From an uncultured virus (IMG/VR IMGVR_UViG_3300020048_000046) (lineage: Duplodnaviria > Heunggongvirae > Uroviricota > Caudoviricetes): a DNA stretch of 64,000 nt. Positions 18,631 through 28,347 of this stretch are shown here, in pieces (the stretch's first letter is position 1; every line of letters begins with the position of its first letter). The translations under genes were made by a program, and so were the position numbers. The notes under the pieces were generated by a model, which searched no databases, was not told the origin of the DNA, and saw only the letters and a program-made list of their open reading frames with translations. The stretch is from the IMG/VR virus record IMGVR_UViG_3300020048_000046; one strand, 5' to 3'.

Positions 18631-20421
18631 ATGCTAAATAGAAACGAATTACCAGATGTTACAAAATGGAATTTAAAGGATATATTCAATACTGAACAAG
18701 ATTTCCTAGATACTCTTGAATCAATTAAAAAATCAATAGTTGAACTATCTGATATAAGAGAAGAATTTATTAGTTTTCCATTTGATAAAAATGAAGAAAC
18801 GGTTGATTATTTGATTAAATTTAAGGAATTAATGTTGATATCAACTAATAAAATAACAAATTGTTATGTTTATGCGAATTTACTCGTGGATAGTGAAAAA
18901 ACTATTACTCGATCATTAGAATTAAAAAATATGATAACGGTAATATATGAAGAATATTCTATAGCTACTAACTTTACATCGGTAATGAAAGATTGGAGTG
19001 ATGATTTGTTGCTATATTTAGCAAACAACCCAAAATATATTAATTGGAAAAAATCAACATTGTCTTTTATCAAAAATAAACAACGATGTTTTGATGAGAA
19101 TACTGAAACACTCATTGACTTAGCAACTATCACACAAGGTGGTTTTAGTGATGCTGCAGATAACTTGCTTGATTGTGATTTACCATCACCAAAGATTGAA
19201 ATCGATGGTGAAATTATTGATCTTGATAAGTCCGCATTTTTGAAATATATCTACCATAGTAATCAAGATGTTAGAGAACGTGTTTTTAATGATTATCATA
19301 ATAATTTGAATAAGTATCGGAATGTATTGGCAACCCTACTACATAATAATATTTTAGCGGATACTAAGAATTCAAAAATGAGAAAATATAATTCTTCATT
19401 AGAACGTTCTCTTGATAGAGATGATATAACTGAGGATATATATCCATTTTTTATCAATAAGGTTAAATCATACTTACCAAAATTACATGAATATCTAAAA
19501 GTTAAAAAAACATTACTTGGTGTTGATGAGCTAAAATATTCGGATTTATATGCCGATATGACAAATACTAAGCTGAAAGAATATGATTATAAAGAAGCTA
19601 AACAAATTATTATTGATTCAGTCAGAGTATTGGGGGAAGAATATGTAGAAGTATTTGAAAAAGCATTCAATGAACAGTGGATTGATTTATACCCAAATAA
19701 AAATAAATCCGGAGGGGCATATATGCAGGGTGGGGCATATGATATTCATCCATATATATTGATGAATTATTTAAATAGATTCAATGATGTAAGTACTCTT
19801 GGTCATGAACTTGGACATGCGGCACATAGTTATTTATCAAATAAAAATCAACATGTAAATCTTGCACGTTATTCTACATTCATTGCTGAAATTGCATCAA
19901 CTACAGTTGAAATTTTAATTAATAAAAATATGTTATTGTCATCTAATGAGAACACATCTAAGAAAATATACTCAAATCTTCTTGAAAACTTTCGCACAAC
20001 TGTATTTAGACAAACAATGTTTGCTGAATTTGAAATGTGGATGCATTCTGAAATAGAATTGGGGAAAAGTTTAAATCCAGAAGCATTAGAAAACAAATAT
20101 CTTTCTTTAGTGAAAGAATATTATGGTCATGATAGTGGAATAGTTTATGTTCAAGATTCAGCTAAAAGTGAATGGTCCAGAATACCCCATTTTTATAATT
20201 CTTTTTATGTTTGGAAATATGCAACATCTTTTTTAAATTCTGTAACTTTTTCATCAAGAATTATAGATGGGGATATAACCGGATTTTTAGAATTGTTGAA
20301 ATCCGGATCTTCCGATTATCCTATACAATTATTAAATAAAGCTGGAATAGATTTTTTAAAAAATGACTTATATGATGAATCATTTAAGTTTTTTGATGAT
20401 ATTTTAGATAAATTAAAATAA
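18631..20421 (+). CDS. pepF: oligoendopeptidase F (M3B)
   Basis: KWNLKDIF, NKSGGAY, TLGHELGHAAH, AEIAST, RIPHFY..FYVWKYAT. Confidence 0.93.
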   Translation: MLNRNELPDVTKWNLKDIFNTEQDFLDTLESIKKSIVELSDIREEFISFPFDKNEETVDYLIKFKELMLISTNKITNCYVYANLLVDSEKTITRSLELKNMITVIYEEYSIATNFTSVMKDWSDDLLLYLANNPKYINWKKSTLSFIKNKQRCFDENTETLIDLATITQGGFSDAADNLLDCDLPSPKIEIDGEIIDLDKSAFLKYIYHSNQDVRERVFNDYHNNLNKYRNVLATLLHNNILADTKNSKMRKYNSSLERSLDRDDITEDIYPFFINKVKSYLPKLHEYLKVKKTLLGVDELKYSDLYADMTNTKLKEYDYKEAKQIIIDSVRVLGEEYVEVFEKAFNEQWIDLYPNKNKSGGAYMQGGAYDIHPYILMNYLNRFNDVSTLGHELGHAAHSYLSNKNQHVNLARYSTFIAEIASTTVEILINKNMLLSSNENTSKKIYSNLLENFRTTVFRQTMFAEFEMWMHSEIELGKSLNPEALENKYLSLVKEYYGHDSGIVYVQDSAKSEWSRIPHFYNSFYVWKYATSFLNSVTFSSRIIDGDITGFLELLKSGSSDYPIQLLNKAGIDFLKNDLYDESFKFFDDILDKLK

Positions 20422-20427
20422 TAATTT

Positions 20428-20649
20428 ATGAACATAAAGACAAAAAACAAAAATAAAGATTTGAGTACAGGCTCAGTTAAATATACTTTTTTTTCTAATA
20501 TCATATTAATATTAGTTTTTATAAGTTGTTTAATTGCAATTAATTTTATAATGACTGTAAATATATATGGGTATATTGGTATGCTATTATTAATATCAAT
20601 ATTAGGAGCATCACATAACCTATTAACAAGTAAACAATATAAAAAATGA
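20428..20649 (+). CDS. small membrane protein
   Basis: Two hydrophobic segments. Confidence 0.55.
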   Translation: MNIKTKNKNKDLSTGSVKYTFFSNIILILVFISCLIAINFIMTVNIYGYIGMLLLISILGASHNLLTSKQYKK

Positions 20650-21008
20650 ATATAAATAAAAAGCAAGAATTATTAGGAATATGTTTATGGTTAAAACAAC
20701 AACCAGAATACACAAGGTATGATAAAACAAGCATAGATAATATTTGTTATCATGTGGCACCATTAACCTATGCTAATTTAATATATCGATTTATGGAAGA
20801 ACGAAAAATAACAGACAAATTCGATGAAAACGATTGGAATCACTTTCATGATAGTGTTTATGATGTGACTGAAAAAAGTTGTACACGTGAAGAATTGGTA
20901 ATCATTTTTAATACATTGCCCGAAGAAATAAAAGAAAGGGCATATGAACATGGTATGTCTGATACGGTTTGGCGAGATAATTTTATTGATTTTTATAGTG
21001 GAAAATAA
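20646..21008 (+). CDS. hypothetical protein
   Basis: 120-aa ORF, ATGA-type coupling. Confidence 0.6.
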   Translation: MNINKKQELLGICLWLKQQPEYTRYDKTSIDNICYHVAPLTYANLIYRFMEERKITDKFDENDWNHFHDSVYDVTEKSCTREELVIIFNTLPEEIKERAYEHGMSDTVWRDNFIDFYSGK

Positions 21009-21044
21009 ATATTACAAAATATATTAATAGTTAAGATTAAAAAT

Positions 21045-21462
21045 ATGATTAAAGAAATAAATCCAAAAATTAAAGAACTATTTGTCCCATATGATTTAGT
21101 TGTTGAACTTAATAAAATTGGTTTTAATGAAAGTTGTTTTGGATATTGGAGCGATTATGGGGATCAAGAACCATTTTTATTAACTTGTGAATATGATAAC
21201 GAAAAAGAATCTTGTTCTATTAGACGAAAAAACTTTTTGTTTTCTGCTCCCACAATATGAACAAATTTTTAATTGGTTCGAAAAAACACACAATCTTATC
21301 ATATATGGTAATATATATTATTCTTTTAATAAACAGAAATGGGGTGTAGTTTATACAAATTATCCAGATAGAGAGAATGATATTTTATCTACATTTTTTG
21401 AAAATAAACAAGACGCTTATATTCATGAAATTAATGAAGCCTTAAAATTAATAAAATCATAG
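21045..21462 (+). pseudogene. hypothetical gene split by one extra base
   Basis: Removing one A at 21254-21255 joins ...FSAPT to YEQIFNWFEK... Confidence 0.6.
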
Positions 21463-21464
21463 AT

Positions 21465-22130
21465 ATGTCAAAAAGATTATATTTTAATTTAACTAATAAA
21501 TGTAATGTTAGTTGTGATTTCTGCTGCATGTTCAGTGGACCAGATAAAAACACATTTTTATCATTTGATACATTTAAAGAAATTATAGATGATTCTCATG
21601 ATTTTTTTGAATTGCAACTTGAAGGTGGAGAACCATTCTTACATCCAAATTTTTTCCTATTTCTAGAATATGCAAATTATACCGGAAGATGCAAAAAGAT
21701 TATAATTTCAACAAATGGAATATTAATAAATAAAAATATTCAAAGGATAACAGATTTTTGTGATAATTCAAACATACCAATACTAATTAAAAGAAGTATA
21801 AATTATTATTTAATTGATACTGATAATAATATTTTTAAAAAATGTCGTGATTTTTATTTGGCAACAGAATTTATTGAAAATTTTAAAGTTGAATTTAATG
21901 TTAGATTGAGAAAAAATGATAATTGGATTATTGATAAATTAAAAGAATTTAAAATTTTCGAACAATCAAACGTATACGAATTGCAAAATTATGGACGAAT
22001 GGATGATGATAAATATTTAAAACCTTTTATAGTTAGAAATATAGAACATTTTTATCTATATGCCTCAGATGGTAAGTGTTTTAATGAAGATTTAATTGGT
22101 CGAAGTGAATATGAACAAAAACTAAAATAA
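21465..22130 (+). CDS. radical SAM protein
   Basis: CNVSCDFC (CxxxCxxC), GGEPFLH, STNG. Confidence 0.85.
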   Translation: MSKRLYFNLTNKCNVSCDFCCMFSGPDKNTFLSFDTFKEIIDDSHDFFELQLEGGEPFLHPNFFLFLEYANYTGRCKKIIISTNGILINKNIQRITDFCDNSNIPILIKRSINYYLIDTDNNIFKKCRDFYLATEFIENFKVEFNVRLRKNDNWIIDKLKEFKIFEQSNVYELQNYGRMDDDKYLKPFIVRNIEHFYLYASDGKCFNEDLIGRSEYEQKLK

Positions 22131-23167
22131 TGAAAACAACAAAATTTTCAAAATTAAGAGAAAAAAGACAGGAGTTATATAATGTTGAAGATTATACATT
22201 ATACCCTTTTAATTTTAATGGTGTAGATAAACAAGTTTATAGTAACGTTAATTTATCAATATTTGTTGATGATTATTGTAATGCAGACTGTTTATTTTGT
22301 GTTGCACAATTAAGATTTGAAAATAGAAGTAAAATGTTCAAAAAAGATAAAATAACTAATGATCAAGAATATTATGATAGGATAGATAGTATATTGGAAT
22401 ATTTAAAACCATTAAATCCAAGTGTTTCTATCACCGGTGGTGAACCATCAAAAAGTAAAAGACTCCCGGAAATTTTGAGAATTATAAATAAACATGGATA
22501 TAGAAAAAGAACACTTACAACAAATGGTAGTGGATTGTTCGATATTATGGACGGAAAAACAGTATTACAACATATTATTGATAATGGGTTTAGCCATTTA
22601 AATATAAGTAAAGCACATTATGATGAAGATATTAATTCAAAAATAATGAAATATCAAAGTGGTTATTGTTCGAATGAAATGATTGAAACAATTGCAACTA
22701 TATCTTTAGCTAATGGTTTAAGACCAAGATTAAGCTGTGTGCTTTTAAAAGATGGTGTAAATGATATTGAAAGTATGGTGAAATATATGGAATTTTATCA
22801 AAATATTGGTATAGATAATGTTATTTTTAGAGAATTGATGGATTTTGATGAGGAAAAAATGATCAACGAGGAAAAAATAAAATACAACATTGAAAATAAA
22901 ATTAAATTAAATGATATATGGACAAAAGTTGATCAAGATAAAAGGTTCAAACCAATTAGAAACCTTTTAGGGTATTATTATTATGTTGAAGTTTATAGAT
23001 TTGATAAAATTGATATGTGTTCTGAAGGAGCGAATTTGGTTAAATTATATGACGAAAAAGAAAAGCATAAAAATACGGTATATGAAATGGTTCTACATCC
23101 AAATGGTAATCTTAATGGTAGTTGGGTTGATGATGAAGATATTTTAAATGAATATAAAAAAAAATGA
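22130..23167 (+). CDS. radical SAM protein
   Basis: CNADCLFC, ITGGEPS, TTNGS, LNIS; no SPASM cysteines. Confidence 0.88.
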   Translation: MKTTKFSKLREKRQELYNVEDYTLYPFNFNGVDKQVYSNVNLSIFVDDYCNADCLFCVAQLRFENRSKMFKKDKITNDQEYYDRIDSILEYLKPLNPSVSITGGEPSKSKRLPEILRIINKHGYRKRTLTTNGSGLFDIMDGKTVLQHIIDNGFSHLNISKAHYDEDINSKIMKYQSGYCSNEMIETIATISLANGLRPRLSCVLLKDGVNDIESMVKYMEFYQNIGIDNVIFRELMDFDEEKMINEEKIKYNIENKIKLNDIWTKVDQDKRFKPIRNLLGYYYYVEVYRFDKIDMCSEGANLVKLYDEKEKHKNTVYEMVLHPNGNLNGSWVDDEDILNEYKKK

Positions 23168-23601
23168 TGAAAAGATATAACTTATTTTTAGATGATATTA
23201 GATTTCCATATTTAGATTCAAAAAAATATAATAAATTATCAGATGAATTCTTTAATGTGAGCACATATCATTATACTTATTATGAACCATTCAAAACAGA
23301 AAAATGGATTATTGTTCGAAATTATGATGAATTTGTTTCAGAAATAATTAAAAGAGGTATTCCATATATATGTTCTTTTGATCATGATTTGGGTAAAGAA
23401 CATCTTGAAAATGTGTCTGAAATAGATTATGATAAATATATAGAAAAAACCGGATATGATTGCGCTAAATGGTTGTGTAGTTATTGTCAAGATAATAGTT
23501 TAAAATTTCCATATTACTATATACATTCCATGAATGAAGTCGGCACAGAAAATATAGAAAAATATATAGAAAACTATAAAAAACATGTGGAAAATATTTA
23601 A
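23164..23601 (+). CDS. cyclic-phosphate-processing receiver-like domain protein
   Basis: LFLDDIR...WIIVRNYDEF...SFDHDLG...TGYDCAKWL...IHSMN..G. Confidence 0.75.
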   Translation: MMKRYNLFLDDIRFPYLDSKKYNKLSDEFFNVSTYHYTYYEPFKTEKWIIVRNYDEFVSEIIKRGIPYICSFDHDLGKEHLENVSEIDYDKYIEKTGYDCAKWLCSYCQDNSLKFPYYYIHSMNEVGTENIEKYIENYKKHVENI

Positions 23602-23634
23602 TTTATATTCAAAAGCATATAAATTATAAAAAAG

Positions 23635-23663
23635 TAAACGTTTTATATGTTTTTACATATAAA
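23635..23663 (+). promoter_or_regulatory. putative phage promoter, AAAC-N18-TATAA class
   Basis: TAAAC 23635-23639, N18, TATAAA 23658-23663. Confidence 0.55.
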
Positions 23664-23700
23664 ATAAATTATGGGTGTTTTATTATAATAATTAAAAATA

Positions 23701-23934
23701 ATGACTAAAGAACAATATTCTTTTTGTGACCTATTCTGGTCAGATCCGGAATGGGTTGAGGGAAATCTACCAAAAAAATTAGAGATAAATTCTCATGGAG
23801 ATAATTTTGATTTTATTTTCTTGAATGACGATGAAATGAAAGATTTTATGAAATTAAAAGCAAAAGAGGATCCTATAATTCTTAATGATTTTAGATATAA
23901 GAAATTATGTAGAGTATTAAATTTAGATATCTAA
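23701..23934 (+). CDS. hypothetical protein with RYKKLCRVL tag variant
   Basis: 77-aa ORF. Confidence 0.6.
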   Translation: MTKEQYSFCDLFWSDPEWVEGNLPKKLEINSHGDNFDFIFLNDDEMKDFMKLKAKEDPIILNDFRYKKLCRVLNLDI

Positions 23935-23964
23935 CATTTAATTGTATGTTTATAAAAAATAATA

Positions 23965-23993
23965 TAAACAAATCATAAAAAATATCATATATA
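23965..23993 (+). promoter_or_regulatory. putative phage promoter, AAAC-N18-TATAA class
   Basis: TAAAC 23965-23969, N18, TATATA 23988-23993. Confidence 0.5.
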
Positions 23994-24008
23994 AATAAAA
24001 AAAAATAT

Positions 24009-24245
24009 ATGAGAATTATAATAGATGATTATAATGTTGAATGTTTTGAAAATATGGTCGATTACAAATATTGGCTTACGGATAATTCTAAGGATGTTTC
24101 TTTAATAAATAATACTATTTACCATGGAGAACTTTATGGTGTACCAGAATCAATAAAAGAACTATTTAACGAACAATTACTAGTATCTATAAAGAGAAAA
24201 AATTATACGGATGTAAAATACATTCTAATACACAAAAAAATATAA
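24009..24245 (+). CDS. hypothetical protein
   Basis: 78-aa ORF. Confidence 0.55.
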   Translation: MRIIIDDYNVECFENMVDYKYWLTDNSKDVSLINNTIYHGELYGVPESIKELFNEQLLVSIKRKNYTDVKYILIHKKI

Positions 24246-24250
24246 AGAAT

Positions 24251-24493
24251 ATGAGATATCTAGCAAAATATATATTATTTGTATATAACAAATACATAAA
24301 AGAAGATTGGTCTATTATAAATTTACTGGGAAAAATATGTTTATATCCATTCTGGATTATTAGAATATTGCTTGCAATTGTGTATTCTATATTGTGTTTT
24401 CCATTAGTTTTATTACATATGAAATTGGATATGATAAATTGTTTACAACTATCCAATAAATTAGATAATTTATTTTTCAATAATAAAAAATAA
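24251..24493 (+). CDS. small membrane protein
   Basis: Hydrophobic ICLYPFWIIRILLAIVYSILCFPLVLL. Confidence 0.55.
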   Translation: MRYLAKYILFVYNKYIKEDWSIINLLGKICLYPFWIIRILLAIVYSILCFPLVLLHMKLDMINCLQLSNKLDNLFFNNKK

Positions 24494-24499
24494 TATTGT

Positions 24500-24688
24500 A
24501 TGTATGAAGTATTTTTAAAATGTTGGTATCAGGAAATTCCAAATGATATTCAGGAAGAAATTATGGAAACACGTGATAATATTGACGATGCCTTTGATTT
24601 TTTGAAAAAACATGGTGAAAGTTACATAGAAAATTACCCAATAGTAGAAATGGGGATAAGAATTAAATCAAAAAGTTTGGATAATTAA
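24500..24688 (+). CDS. hypothetical protein
   Basis: 62-aa ORF. Confidence 0.5.
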   Translation: MYEVFLKCWYQEIPNDIQEEIMETRDNIDDAFDFLKKHGESYIENYPIVEMGIRIKSKSLDN

Positions 24689-24727
24689 TATATTATTATT
24701 ACTATCTTTGTCGAAAAATATAAAAAA

Positions 24728-25297
24728 ATGGAAAATATAGAAAACTTAATGAAAAAATTACCATTTGATGAAATAAATCTAGTTGATTTAGGTGGTGGAA
24801 AATTTAGTATTGATATAATCGCAGATAATGGAAATATTGATATGTATTCAGATATTGATATCATACAAATAAATGCTACAAAAGATGATACATCAGAAAT
24901 TGATAGCTTAATTGAAATACTAAAAATATATAAATCAAAAATTAAATTGACGAGTGGGGAAGTTGCTGAATTGTGGACACCATCAATAAAAGAAATTAAT
25001 CATATTTCAACACCACAAATAAATGATCTTGGGTTGAATTCAGCTTTTAAAGTATCAATAATTGAAAGTGAAGCCGGTTGGGGAAGAAAAATTGATGATT
25101 GGATGGTGTGTTTATCCATTGAGGAGACACAAAAATTTGAAAAAGAATTTAATTCTAAAAACACATCATCTAGGACACCTGATTGGTATATGCAAGTTGA
25201 AGGAGAACCAAAAATGATATATTTAAATGATAAACAATATGAAAAACTCAAAATTGATAAGAGAGTATATTTATCAGTTTTAAATAAATTAAAATAA
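24728..25297 (+). CDS. phage hypothetical protein
   Basis: IIESEAGWGRKID...FNSKN...PDWY motif; TATCTTTG upstream at 24703. Confidence 0.65.
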   Translation: MENIENLMKKLPFDEINLVDLGGGKFSIDIIADNGNIDMYSDIDIIQINATKDDTSEIDSLIEILKIYKSKIKLTSGEVAELWTPSIKEINHISTPQINDLGLNSAFKVSIIESEAGWGRKIDDWMVCLSIEETQKFEKEFNSKNTSSRTPDWYMQVEGEPKMIYLNDKQYEKLKIDKRVYLSVLNKLK

Positions 25298-25308
25298 TTT
25301 TATAAATA

Positions 25309-25340
25309 TTTGGTAGATTTAAAAATTATTCTTAACTTTG
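25309..25340 (+). promoter_or_regulatory. Bacteroidota-type promoter
   Basis: TTTG 25309-25312, N20, TAACTTTG 25333-25340. Confidence 0.75.
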
Positions 25341-25382
25341 CAAAATATTTCAAATGATACTCAAAAAAATGGTAATAGATAT

Positions 25383-25574
25383 ATGAAAAAAGAATTAACC
25401 GAAGATCAAATAAAATTTAAAGAATATTTAGACCAATTTGTTAAAGAATCTGGGCATGGTCCTCGTGGATTTTTCGTAGAACTAAAAACTGGGGAATATT
25501 TACAAGTAGATGAATATAATGAGTGGATTACCAAAACTAAACATGAATATGAAAAAACTAAAAACTCTCAATAA
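25383..25574 (+). CDS. hypothetical protein
   Basis: ATG downstream of promoter; MKKELTEDQ... Confidence 0.55.
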   Translation: MKKELTEDQIKFKEYLDQFVKESGHGPRGFFVELKTGEYLQVDEYNEWITKTKHEYEKTKNSQ

Positions 25575-25585
25575 AAAAAATAAAT

Positions 25586-25614
25586 TAAACTAAATTATAA
25601 ATATCAGATATAAC
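25586..25614 (+). promoter_or_regulatory. putative phage promoter, AAAC-N18-TATAA class
   Basis: TAAAC 25586-25590, N18, TATAAC 25609-25614, 20 nt before the 692-aa gene. Confidence 0.55.
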
Positions 25615-25634
25615 AACTATAAAAAATTAAAGAT

Positions 25635-27713
25635 ATGGAAATGACTAAAAATATTATTCAATTAAAAAATGGCTTTATTAATTTACCTAATGGTAAACAA
25701 TCAAATTATGAAACAGCTCTTAGTGTTGTTTCAGAATTGATGCAATTTGGATATATTCTTGATGAAAAAGCCATATCTAATTTGAGTTGTGCATCTATTG
25801 ATGATATAGTAAATTTTCATAATGAAGTTATCGAATATCTCAAAGAAATGACTGGATCAAATCGTAGTTATAAACCATTTTGGAAAGGGTTTCCAGTTGA
25901 TGTTATGTCAAAAACTGAATCAGAATTGTGGATTCACCAAATAATGCATTATTTGTCAAATGGAAATTATGAGCCTTCTGAATTTATTTCAACTAGACCA
26001 ACTGCATTTGAACAACCATCATACACAAAAATTACTGCCGGAAACAATGATATGTTTTTAAACATATTTACAAAATTAGTAAGTGTGAATCAATCATTGA
26101 CAGCTGATGATATTTCTATAGTTGAATTCTATATTAATAATAATATCGAATTAAAAATGCCTAACCAAATACCATTCAAGGAGAATTTGGCATTATTGGC
26201 ATCTTTTGGATTAGATGTTCCAGTGAAAACTGTTACAGATGTGTTGAGAATTTGTGTAAAATTATCTGGTGGTGATATCTCATTACCTAAAGTTCCAAAT
26301 AAATTAACTAAACAAAATCCTTGGTCTTCAGTTAAAACCGAAAACCAAGAACGATTGAAATTTAGATTTAAAAAGTTTAATCGTACAGAACGAAAATACA
26401 TACTTGGATTACTTGAAAAAACAAATTGTGATGTTACAGAATTTGTATTAAAAGAAGAAAGATGGGTAAGATTAGGTGAAATTCTTCATCCAGGAGAATA
26501 TCATAAAAAATTTCCGAAATCTTTCAAAATGTTTAATGATATTCGAAATACTAATGTTAAATCATGGTATGGTGAAGTAGATTCAGCATTTAAGATTAAT
26601 TTTAATACGGGTATTGAAAAATTATCAGAAAGACCCGGTGAATTTATGAGAAGAATAGATTCATTAGTTAGAAATAATTCTAATGAAAATGTAATTTCTG
26701 TTTTAAGTACACTTCAAAAAGTGTCTAAGAATGTATCTAACAAAGTATTATTTGAGTCTTTTTCACACTTTGAAAAAAGAAATGTTCCTACTATTGATAG
26801 AACAATTATGATCAAAGGTGCTCGTAAAAAAACAAAATTGCCAGAATTACCAGCAATAAATAATGATATAATTGAAAAAATTCAATCAATTATTACTTGT
26901 ACTTTGTTATTTAAATTCTCAAACCTTGAAAAAATGGGTAAAGTGTTTATTCACGAAGAGTTAAAAAAACTACCTCTTCCGACAAATATGAGATCTATGA
27001 GTTCTACCTTGAAACCGGTTATGCGTGGTCAAAGAGTAGCAATAGGTAATAAAAATTCTAAAATCATAAGAGCGTTTGTTCATTGGTTTGATGAATATGG
27101 TAATCAAGATATAGATTTAACATCAACTTTTGTAGGTATGGGTAAATTTTCACATATTGGTTGGAATGGTAATCACAATAATTCATTGGGTTGTTATTCT
27201 GGTGATGTTAGACATAGACAAGGGGCGTGTGCTGAATATATTGATATAAATATAAATGAAGCCGTTAAAATGGGTTATAAATACGCTATAATCGATGCTA
27301 AAAATTACAATGGTGGTAGTTTTTCGAATATTACAGATTGTGTATTTGGATATATGGAACGAGAATTTCAAACAGAAGATAGAATGTTTATACCAAAAAC
27401 ATTAGCAAATACTGTTAGATTGCAAAATGAATCAAGTAGCACTGTTGTTGCAGCAATCGATTTAGAAAACAGGGAATATATATTCTTAGATGTTGATACA
27501 ACAGGTATTCCTGTAACATCTAATGATTTTAATAAAATATTAGATGCTATCAAACCCTATACTGAATTACCTAAATTTTCAGTATATGACTTAATAAAAT
27601 TGCATGTTGACTCCAGAGGTGAATTTGTTGAAACCACTGAGGATGCAGATATATCCATAACATTAGATGACTTTCCATCATATGTTGATATTGGAAAATG
27701 GATGGGTATTTAA
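25635..27713 (+). CDS. large helical protein with C-terminal TerD-like domain
   Basis: C-terminal FVHW...DIDLTS...YSGDV...GACAEYIDI resembles the TerD motif set; N-terminal PFWKGFP, QIMHYLS, IPFKENL, TVTDVLR, LHPGEY, RPGEFMRRID. Confidence 0.7.
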   Translation: MEMTKNIIQLKNGFINLPNGKQSNYETALSVVSELMQFGYILDEKAISNLSCASIDDIVNFHNEVIEYLKEMTGSNRSYKPFWKGFPVDVMSKTESELWIHQIMHYLSNGNYEPSEFISTRPTAFEQPSYTKITAGNNDMFLNIFTKLVSVNQSLTADDISIVEFYINNNIELKMPNQIPFKENLALLASFGLDVPVKTVTDVLRICVKLSGGDISLPKVPNKLTKQNPWSSVKTENQERLKFRFKKFNRTERKYILGLLEKTNCDVTEFVLKEERWVRLGEILHPGEYHKKFPKSFKMFNDIRNTNVKSWYGEVDSAFKINFNTGIEKLSERPGEFMRRIDSLVRNNSNENVISVLSTLQKVSKNVSNKVLFESFSHFEKRNVPTIDRTIMIKGARKKTKLPELPAINNDIIEKIQSIITCTLLFKFSNLEKMGKVFIHEELKKLPLPTNMRSMSSTLKPVMRGQRVAIGNKNSKIIRAFVHWFDEYGNQDIDLTSTFVGMGKFSHIGWNGNHNNSLGCYSGDVRHRQGACAEYIDININEAVKMGYKYAIIDAKNYNGGSFSNITDCVFGYMEREFQTEDRMFIPKTLANTVRLQNESSSTVVAAIDLENREYIFLDVDTTGIPVTSNDFNKILDAIKPYTELPKFSVYDLIKLHVDSRGEFVETTEDADISITLDDFPSYVDIGKWMGI

Positions 27714-27719
27714 AATAAT

Positions 27720-28005
27720 AATATTGGCTATACTTTTTCTTACTTCTACATTTTTTATATGATCATAGAAAAGTTCTTTCCAATATTTTAATAGAAAAAA
27801 TTCGGCTATATTCTCAGTTACTTCTAAACAAATTATGGAAAAAACACTGAAATTCTTTCCGAATAACAAAAATCGGCTATGTTATTAAGAGTTACTTCTA
27901 AACAAAAATTATGCAAACCAACTCAAACAATTTCCGATAAAATAAAAAAGGCTATAAATAACTTACTTCTATTTTTGGTATAAATTCTAGTTATTTGTTT
28001 TCCTT
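27720..28005 (+). ncRNA. array of four structured RNA-like hairpin units
   Basis: Units 27720-27787, 27800-27864, 27872-27938, 27948-28005; each xGG-CTAT-[stem]-TACTTCTA-loop-[stem']-TTT-CCx, with different but complementary stems. Confidence 0.7.
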
Positions 28006-28040
28006 AAAAAAAAACTATCAAAAATTTGATAGTTTTTTTT
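28006..28040 (+). terminator. intrinsic terminator closing the TerD-like gene + hairpin array
   Basis: aaaaactatcaaa-aa-tttgatagtttttttt. Confidence 0.75.
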
Positions 28041-28046
28041 ATTTTA

Positions 28047-28078
28047 TTTGCATTTATAAAATAAATGTATTATCTTTG
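28047..28078 (+). promoter_or_regulatory. Bacteroidota-type promoter
   Basis: TTTG 28047-28050, N20, TATCTTTG 28071-28078. Confidence 0.8.
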
Positions 28079-28082
28079 CATT

Positions 28083-28343
28083 ATGAAAGATGAACAAAAT
28101 ATTGTTTGGTTACATATACATAGTGTTAAGATAAAAGAATCTGACACGTTGCCAATAAATCCTAAAACAATGGAATTGGCTATAAAACTATGGAATAGAG
28201 AATTATCTCCTGAAGACTTGCCACCAATAAAAGTGCAATGTGATAAATTCGGAAATTATATTATTAAAGATGGTAGACATCGATATATGGCTATTAGATT
28301 GTGTGGATATACACATATAAAAATAAATAAAATAAATAAATAA
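28083..28343 (+). CDS. ParB/Srx-like domain protein
   Basis: LPPIKV...YIIKDGRHRYMA...G. Confidence 0.75.
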   Translation: MKDEQNIVWLHIHSVKIKESDTLPINPKTMELAIKLWNRELSPEDLPPIKVQCDKFGNYIIKDGRHRYMAIRLCGYTHIKINKINK

Positions 28344-28347
28344 AATT

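Noticed and set aside
27720..28005. CRISPR array interpretation of the four-unit repeat
   Set aside because: No identical 23-50-nt repeats; only two short fixed motifs inside covarying stems, and no cas genes in the window
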